A stretch of 33,925 nt of DNA, taken from Aulosira sp. ZfuVER01. GTDB taxonomy: Bacteria; Cyanobacteriota; Cyanobacteriia; Cyanobacteriales; Nostocaceae. Both the position numbers and the translations under genes were made by a program. The stretch is from positions 1 through 33,925 of the forward strand of contig JAVRCV020000054.1 in the NCBI GenBank assembly GCA_034530615.2, given 5' to 3'. This document shows positions 27,841 through 33,925 of this stretch, piece by piece. Under the pieces are notes generated by a model that worked only from the letters and a program-made list of their open reading frames with translations, was not told the origin of the DNA and did not search any database. The stretch's first letter is position 1. Each line of letters starts with the position of its first letter.

Positions 27841-28842
27841 ATGAATCGGCGTAGCCTGTTTAAATCTAGCTGTTATCTCACAAATTTAATGTTGATTATT
27901 AGCAGTATTACTGCTTGTAACAGCGGACAAGAATTGAAAAGTCAGGTGAGTATTGATGGTGCGGCTGTGGGTTTTCCGATTTCTTTAGCAGTAGCAGAAG
28001 AATACGGTAAGGTAAAACCTGAAGCTCAAGTAAGTGTCGCCTCTAGCGGGACTGGTGGTGGAATCAGTAAGTTTTGTAATGGTGAGATTGATATTGTTGG
28101 TGCTTCTCGTACCATCAGAGATGAAGAAATTAAAAAATGTCAAAGTAAGAAGATTGAATTTGTCGAGTTACCCATAGCTTTAGATGGCATTGCTGTGATT
28201 GCTAACCGTAAAAATAACTTTGCCAAATGCCTAACTATTAAGGAATTAGATAAAATTTGGAATGCTAAATCAGACGGTAAAATTTTAAATTGGAATCAAG
28301 TAAATCCGAAATTTCCTAATCAAAAACTCAAGTTATATGCGCCAGCTTCGGATACAGGCACATTTGATTATATGACTCAAGCTGTGACTGGCAAAGCTAA
28401 GAAAGGTAGAACAGATTATACTCCCAGTCACAATCAAAACCTACTCGTACAAGGAGTTTCAGGTGATGCGACAGCCTTGGGTTATGTCGGCATATCTTAT
28501 TACATTCAAAACCAAGACAAATTAAATTTAGTAGCAGTAGAAAGCCCAACAGGAAAGTGTGAAAAACCAGTTCCAGTAGATAACGTCATCAAAAATACCT
28601 ACACGCCCTTATCGCGTCCTTTATTCATCTATGTGAGTAAAAAATCTTTAGATAATAAACCAGCAGTTAAAGAGTTTGTCGATTTTTATTTAGATAATTC
28701 TTGGAAATGGGTAGATAGCGTTGGTTATGTAGCGCTACCAGATGAAGCTTACGTCAAAGTGAAACAAAAATTTGCGAAAGGCGAAACTGGGACAAAATTT
28801 AAAAAATCCAAACCTGGGGAACCAATCACCAACTTTATTTAA
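27841..28842 (+). CDS. pstS: PstS/SphX-family substrate-binding lipoprotein with a non-canonical binding motif
   Basis: SGTGGG..KFC, ASR.I, PIALDGI, GTFDY, YTPLSRPLFIY; lipobox ITAC; IDGAAVG in place of IDGSSTV. Confidence 0.88.
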   Translation: MNRRSLFKSSCYLTNLMLIISSITACNSGQELKSQVSIDGAAVGFPISLAVAEEYGKVKPEAQVSVASSGTGGGISKFCNGEIDIVGASRTIRDEEIKKCQSKKIEFVELPIALDGIAVIANRKNNFAKCLTIKELDKIWNAKSDGKILNWNQVNPKFPNQKLKLYAPASDTGTFDYMTQAVTGKAKKGRTDYTPSHNQNLLVQGVSGDATALGYVGISYYIQNQDKLNLVAVESPTGKCEKPVPVDNVIKNTYTPLSRPLFIYVSKKSLDNKPAVKEFVDFYLDNSWKWVDSVGYVALPDEAYVKVKQKFAKGETGTKFKKSKPGEPITNFI

Positions 28843-28868
28843 ATTATGCTGGATGCAAGAGAATTTTT

Positions 28869-29810
28869 ATGCAAAATATAAATCCTCAAGACGACTCATA
28901 TCAAAGGTTTAGACAATCACTAGAAAAAAATGTCTCAGACGATATCGTAGAAAAGTTAATTGGGATAATTTTATTTGCTTGCGCGTTAGTTTCCGTATTC
29001 ACTACTTTCGGCATTGTCCTCATTATCTTTAAAGAGGCATTTGGCTTTTTCCAAAAAGTTTCTTTCGCCCAGTTCTTTCTTGATACTAAGTGGACGCCTT
29101 TATTTGCCGAGCAACATTTTGGCGTTTGGCCTTTGATTAATGGTACGTTTTTAACAACAGCGATCGCAATGGCTGTGGCTATCCCTTTAGGCCTATCTTC
29201 GGCAATTTATTTGAGTGAATATGCTCAACCTAAAGTAGCAGCAATTTTACGCCCAGCGGTAGAACTTTTAGCGGGAATACCAACTGTAGTCTATGGTTAT
29301 TTTGCATTACTATTTGTCACACCATTACTACGAAATGTCATTCCTTTAGAATTATTCAACGCTTTAAGTGCAGGATTAATGATGGGAGTAATGATTACTC
29401 CTACTGTTGGTTCTATTAGCTTAGATGCTATTCAAGCTGTTCCCCGTTCTTTGCGAGAAGGCGCTTATGCTTTAGGCATTACTAAACTAGAATCTATTTT
29501 TAGAGTTGTGTTACCAGCCGCCCTTTCGGGGATTATCGCTTCGATTATTTTGGGAATTTCGCGCGCTGTCGGCGAAACAATGACTGTCGTAATTGCTGCG
29601 GGACAACAACCGAAACTAACTATTAACTTCGCAGAATCAGTAGAAACCATGACAGCTTATATGGCACAAATTTCTGGTGGAGATAGCCCCCGTGGTAGCC
29701 TAAATTTCCAGACTTTATATGCTGTAGGCGCGCTTTTGTTTTTAATTACCCTAGCTTTGAACATTATTAGTTACTGGGTTGCTAACCGATTTAAAGAAAA
29801 ATACGATTAA
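28869..29810 (+). CDS. pstC: phosphate ABC transporter permease
   Basis: AIYLSEYA, VELLAGIPTVVYG, SRAVGETM. Confidence 0.95.
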   Translation: MQNINPQDDSYQRFRQSLEKNVSDDIVEKLIGIILFACALVSVFTTFGIVLIIFKEAFGFFQKVSFAQFFLDTKWTPLFAEQHFGVWPLINGTFLTTAIAMAVAIPLGLSSAIYLSEYAQPKVAAILRPAVELLAGIPTVVYGYFALLFVTPLLRNVIPLELFNALSAGLMMGVMITPTVGSISLDAIQAVPRSLREGAYALGITKLESIFRVVLPAALSGIIASIILGISRAVGETMTVVIAAGQQPKLTINFAESVETMTAYMAQISGGDSPRGSLNFQTLYAVGALLFLITLALNIISYWVANRFKEKYD

Positions 29811-29815
29811 TAAAT

Positions 29816-30715
29816 ATGGCTACAACTTACCAACGAGATGATTATCTAGATTCGACAGCAGAATTTACTGATAACATTGAAAAAAGAGAAACTTTAGGAA
29901 AGGTATTTGAAATCCTTTTTTTAATAGGTTTGTTGATTGGCTTATTCGTCCTCGCCTTACTACTTTTTGATATTTTCCGCGACGGATTAGCCAGATTTTT
30001 AACGCCTGGTTTTCTCACAGAAACCCCTTCTCGTTTCCCCGATGAAGGTGGTATCCGTCCGGCAATTATTAGCAGTATCATCTTAGGAATTGTTGTGATT
30101 GTAGTAACAGTTCCAATTGGGGTAGGAGCTGCTTTATATTTAGAAGAGTATGCACCGAGAAATTGGTGGACAGCGATTATTGAGATTAATATCAGTAATT
30201 TAGCTGGAGTACCTTCTATTGTTTATGGCTTGCTAGGTTTAGGCGTTTTTAATTATTTGCTAGGATTTGGCCCAGCTTTAATTTCTGGTGCATTGACTTT
30301 ATCTTTATTGTCATTACCAGTAATTATAGTCACAGCTAGAGAAGCAATTCGAGCCGTTCCGAATTCCCTCAGATATGCGTCTTATGGGTTAGGTGCTACC
30401 AAATGGAAAACTATCAGTAGCCATGTTATACCCTATGCTATTCCTGGTATCTTAACAGGAGTAATTATTTCGATATCTCGTGCTATTGGAGATGCTGCAT
30501 CTTTAATTGTTGTTGGTGCTGTGGGTTTTCTCACGTTCAACCCTGGTTTATTCCAGAGATTTATGGCGTTACCCATTCAAATCTACAGTTACATTACTCG
30601 CCCAGAACCAGGTTTTGCAAATGCAGCAGCAGCGACAATTATTGCGTTGTTACTCTTAATTTTAGCTTTGAATGGGGTAGCAATTTATATTAGACAACGC
30701 TTCACTATTCATTAA
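29816..30715 (+). CDS. pstA: phosphate ABC transporter permease
   Basis: AALYLEEYA, NLAGVPSIVYGLLG, REAIRAVP, SRAIGD. Confidence 0.95.
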   Translation: MATTYQRDDYLDSTAEFTDNIEKRETLGKVFEILFLIGLLIGLFVLALLLFDIFRDGLARFLTPGFLTETPSRFPDEGGIRPAIISSIILGIVVIVVTVPIGVGAALYLEEYAPRNWWTAIIEINISNLAGVPSIVYGLLGLGVFNYLLGFGPALISGALTLSLLSLPVIIVTAREAIRAVPNSLRYASYGLGATKWKTISSHVIPYAIPGILTGVIISISRAIGDAASLIVVGAVGFLTFNPGLFQRFMALPIQIYSYITRPEPGFANAAAATIIALLLLILALNGVAIYIRQRFTIH

Positions 30716-30784
30716 TTGCTCGCCAAATAACTTGGATTTTTCTTTGATTAATTAGGCATTGTTAAATAGTAGGAGATTCGGAAA

Positions 30785-31615
30785 ATGCCCTATAGCAGCA
30801 ACAGCAGAAATCAATCAGATAGTGCTACACTAAACCAAAACAACACCGTATTTGATGTTGAAGGTGTGAAAGTATACTATGGGGGATTTCTAGCACTTCT
30901 AGATGTCTATTTGCAGATTCCTGAAAAACAAATAGTTGCTTTTATTGGCCCTTCAGGATGCGGTAAAAGTACCCTACTACGCTGCTTCAACCGCATGAAT
31001 GATTTGATTCCCGGTGCTAAGGTAGAGGGTAGGTTAAATTACCGCGATCGCAATATTTATGACCCCAGAATTAATTCGGTTAAATTACGCCGCCAAGTCG
31101 GGATGGTTTTTCAAAGACCGAATCCTTTCCCGAAATCAATATATGAAAATATTGCTTTCGGCCCGCGTGCTAATGGCTATAAAGGTAATCTGGAGGAATT
31201 AGTCGAAGATTCTCTTAGACGTGCTGCAATTTGGAACGAAGTCAAAGATAAACTCAAAGAGAAGGGTACTGCGTTATCTGGCGGACAACAACAACGGCTG
31301 TGCATTGCTAGAGCAATCGCTATGAAGCCAGATGTATTATTAATGGATGAACCATGCTCTGCTCTCGATCCCATTTCTAGCCGTCAAGTAGAAGAACTAT
31401 GCTTAGAACTCAAGGAGCAATACACCATAATTATGGTGACGCATAATATGCAGCAAGCTTCTAGAGTCGCAGATTGGACAGCTTTCTTCAATACAGAAAT
31501 AGACGAACATAGCAAGCGTCGGGGAAAATTAGTCGAGTTTAGTCCTACAGAGGAAATGTTCAGTTCTCCTCAAACTAAAGAAGCCGAAGACTATATTAGT
31601 GGACGCTTCGGTTAA
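30785..31615 (+). CDS. pstB: phosphate ABC transporter ATPase
   Basis: [46 protein letters not shown]. Confidence 0.96.
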   Translation: MPYSSNSRNQSDSATLNQNNTVFDVEGVKVYYGGFLALLDVYLQIPEKQIVAFIGPSGCGKSTLLRCFNRMNDLIPGAKVEGRLNYRDRNIYDPRINSVKLRRQVGMVFQRPNPFPKSIYENIAFGPRANGYKGNLEELVEDSLRRAAIWNEVKDKLKEKGTALSGGQQQRLCIARAIAMKPDVLLMDEPCSALDPISSRQVEELCLELKEQYTIIMVTHNMQQASRVADWTAFFNTEIDEHSKRRGKLVEFSPTEEMFSSPQTKEAEDYISGRFG

Positions 31616-31671
31616 GTAGAGAAAATGCACTTTATATTGATGAACTTACCAATAAATAATAGATTTTATAG

Positions 31672-31746
31672 TACCAAAAACTGCTATTAGAAAAACCTTA
31701 TTTGGCCTTTTTTGTTAATTTACGAGGTTTCTTCAATAGTTTGGTA
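31672..31746. terminator. imperfect long inverted repeat between convergent pstB and tauE
   Basis: TACCAAA..CTATT.GAA.AACCT ... AGGTTTCTTCAATAGTTTGGTA. Confidence 0.4.
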
Positions 31747-31804
31747 GTTCCCAGAGCTTGGATAGGTTTATTGGGGTCAATTCAAAATTACCGCAGTTCT
31801 GAGT

Positions 31805-32596
31805 CTAATAAACTAACTTTAAGCTCACCATCATCAATATAAAGTAAACCATAAACCGCAGTGGTTTTTGCGGCACAATTTGACAGACTTTAGCCCCTAG
31901 CAATACTCCTGGTACGGAGCCAAGCCATATAGGTAATACTAAATTCCAATCAACTGTTCCCAAGGTGAGATGTCCAATAGCAGTGAATAGTAACAGAATT
32001 GCTGCTTGGGAAATATCTGTACCCACTAACTTCCGCGCATCCAAACGAAAAAATGCAATCAGCACCAAGGCAAACATGGAGCCAGAAGAGACACTTGTTA
32101 GACCGACAACACAGCCTAAAAATGCTCCTATGCTTACCGTCTGTAAGCGGCCTAATTGAGTAGTTAAGTCAAATTTGGGTAGTTCAGGTAGTTGCAATTG
32201 TGGAAAGAAGGTCAATAGCAGCATTTGCACTAATGCCAAAACAGTGACTGATAAAATCGCCACACCCAACAAATGCAGCATAATGCTGTTCAGGTTAGAT
32301 TCGGCCTTGAATTTAATCAGGTGCAAGATTCCTACTCCCAACAAAGAGCCAGGAACGCTCCCCAAAGCCAGCCATTTTACTACTTCTGTATCGAGGGTTT
32401 GTTGTTGCCAATGTTTGACACTACCAACGACTTTCATTAACGTCGCCGCCACAACATCAGAACTGACTGCTACCGCAGGTGGTACTTGAAAAACAAAAAT
32501 TAACATTGGAGTGATGAGAGAAGCACCACCAATTCCTGTCAGACCAACGATAATACCGACAAGAAAGCTGAAAAGAGGCAACAATAAAAAATCCAT
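31805..32596 (-). CDS. TauE/SafE (TSUP) sulfite-exporter-family membrane protein
   Basis: VGLTGIGGASLITPML, repeated VGLTSVSSG, LVGTD, GSVPG; AGGAG RBS. Confidence 0.92.
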   Translation of the reverse strand: MDFLLLPLFSFLVGIIVGLTGIGGASLITPMLIFVFQVPPAVAVSSDVVAATLMKVVGSVKHWQQQTLDTEVVKWLALGSVPGSLLGVGILHLIKFKAESNLNSIMLHLLGVAILSVTVLALVQMLLLTFFPQLQLPELPKFDLTTQLGRLQTVSIGAFLGCVVGLTSVSSGSMFALVLIAFFRLDARKLVGTDISQAAILLLFTAIGHLTLGTVDWNLVLPIWLGSVPGVLLGAKVCQIVPQKPLRFMVYFILMMVSLKLVY

Positions 32597-32730
32597 ACTC
32601 CTGTCCTTAACCGGGGTTTTGCGAATGTGACTTTGTTTAGCTGAAACTGAAAGATTGGTTGTAACGCTGTTGTGTAGAGGTTTTCATGTAAGTGCAAGTT
32701 TGGAATTACTGCTGAGATAACTTAACTAAG

Positions 32731-32756
32731 TGCTAATATCCGACCAATTTACCGTA
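32731..32756. promoter_or_regulatory. 26-bp operator, copy D (upstream of tauE)
   Basis: Reverse complement TACGGTAAATTGGTCGGATATTAGCA; the first 10 bp are identical to copy A. Confidence 0.6.
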
Positions 32757-32915
32757 TTTTAAAGTGAAAGATAGTGAAAGTCTATTATTTTTGTGAATTT
32801 TGATTAAATACTAGTTTTTATTTATACTTATCATAAATAAGTTTTTTGCGAGCAATAGGATTTTGGAATATATTGACACTTCAGTAGTAGACTAAATGGC
32901 GGTATCTCAAAAAAC

Positions 32916-32941
32916 TACTTTAATCCAAGTTAAATACCGTA
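32916..32941. promoter_or_regulatory. 26-bp operator, copy E (just before the PAP2 start)
   Basis: TACTTTA-ATCCAAGTTAAA-TACCGTA. Confidence 0.55.
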
Positions 32942-32948
32942 CTTGACT

Positions 32949-33740
32949 ATGCCAGAGTTAGAAAAAGCTAATGTTGAAATTCAACAAACAGTAACTTTGT
33001 TAAAGTCGCGCTCACCCATCGGGTTTGTGCAAAAATTGTTAATTACCTACTGGCGTTCTTTGTTGCTGCTGTTCATAGCAGTATATGTACCACTACAAAT
33101 TTTTGGACTGCTGGCGTTAAGGCTGCGGTACAACGAGGGTGGTTTCCCTTGGGATTTACCGATATTGCTGACTATTCACTCTTTAGCACAGCCACATTTA
33201 GATGTATTCGCCGCGATATTGACAAAATTGGGTTCTTTTTGGACTGTGTTACCGATTTTGAGTGCGATCGCACTTATTTTACTAGTCCAACGTCGCTGGC
33301 GATCGCTTACTTATTTACTGATTACTGCTGCTGGTAGTGCTATTCTCAAACGCACAGCCAAAGAATTTTGGCACAGAGTACGTCCTGATTTGTGGACTTC
33401 AGTTGCACCAGAGTTTGATTATTCCTTTCCCAGTGGTCATGCTATGACGAGTATGACGTTGATTGCTATTTTGGTAGTTTTAACTTGGGGTAGTGTTTGG
33501 TGTCGGTTAACAGTGATTTTGGGTAGTGTGTATATCTTCGCCATTGGCTGGACACGCCTATATCTAGGGGTACATTTTCCCAGTGACATTATTGCAGGTT
33601 GGATGGTGGCGATCGCTTGGGCTGTTGGTGTGAGTTTAATTATTCGACCATTATCACAGTCAGCAAATATGACAACTGAAAAACCAGTGAGTGAAACGAT
33701 ATTACTTCCTAAAGAACAGCAATTGCTCAATAAAGAATAA
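32949..33740 (+). CDS. PAP2-superfamily membrane phosphatase
   Basis: K.....VRP, SFPSGH and TRLYLGVHFPSD motifs; ATG 32949 (TTG 32943 is an alternative start). Confidence 0.93.
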   Translation: MPELEKANVEIQQTVTLLKSRSPIGFVQKLLITYWRSLLLLFIAVYVPLQIFGLLALRLRYNEGGFPWDLPILLTIHSLAQPHLDVFAAILTKLGSFWTVLPILSAIALILLVQRRWRSLTYLLITAAGSAILKRTAKEFWHRVRPDLWTSVAPEFDYSFPSGHAMTSMTLIAILVVLTWGSVWCRLTVILGSVYIFAIGWTRLYLGVHFPSDIIAGWMVAIAWAVGVSLIIRPLSQSANMTTEKPVSETILLPKEQQLLNKE

Positions 33741-33870
33741 AAATTTTTCCGTTGTGCATATGAGTTTTTTAATAGAAAATGTTAAGATTCATAAAATCAT
33801 TCTAAAGTATTCAAGTTAATTTTCCAGCCAGTGCAAATTAAGTATGTGCAAACAACCATAAATTGAGCAA

Positions 33871-33925
33871 GGGAGCATCCCATTTTTTATTTAGTGAGCA
33901 AAGATTAATCCGTTGAGATAGGCAC
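33871..33925 (+). mobile_element. probable terminal end of another ISKra4-family element running off the window
   Basis: GGGAGCATCC is the reverse complement of the ISKra4 remnant end GGATGCTCCC at 10684-10693. Confidence 0.6.

Overview
This 33.9 kb window is cyanobacterial and looks like Nostocales, based on frequent HIP1 GCGATCGC octamers and 7-bp STRR repeats. The left part (1-8977) carries a large malectin-repeat/beta-propeller protein, dapL, a SAM methyltransferase, a HAD phosphatase and tRNA-Ala(CGC). After the tRNA comes an accessory mosaic: an intact IS982 element, ISKra4 and IS66 remnants, a membrane-anchored alpha/beta hydrolase, a Tat-exported sulfatase with its formylglycine-generating enzyme, and a plasmid-like module (15 phased 11-bp repeats, an arm-less HU-like protein and a FinO-like protein). 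This is followed by gene debris, an arylamine N-acetyltransferase and an FdhF/YdeP oxidoreductase. The right part holds a DUF1003-CadD-secreted protein-sbp-pstSCAB-tauE-PAP2 cluster. The strongest signal is a 26-bp palindrome (TACGGTA-N12-TACCGTA) found five times, only upstream of the sulfatase, sbp-pstSCAB and tauE/PAP2 units. The PstS-like protein has its usual phosphate-binding SST replaced by AAV. Together these suggest a sulfur-regulated, possibly repurposed Pst-type oxyanion uptake system. All family calls come from motif recognition by eye, not from database searches.
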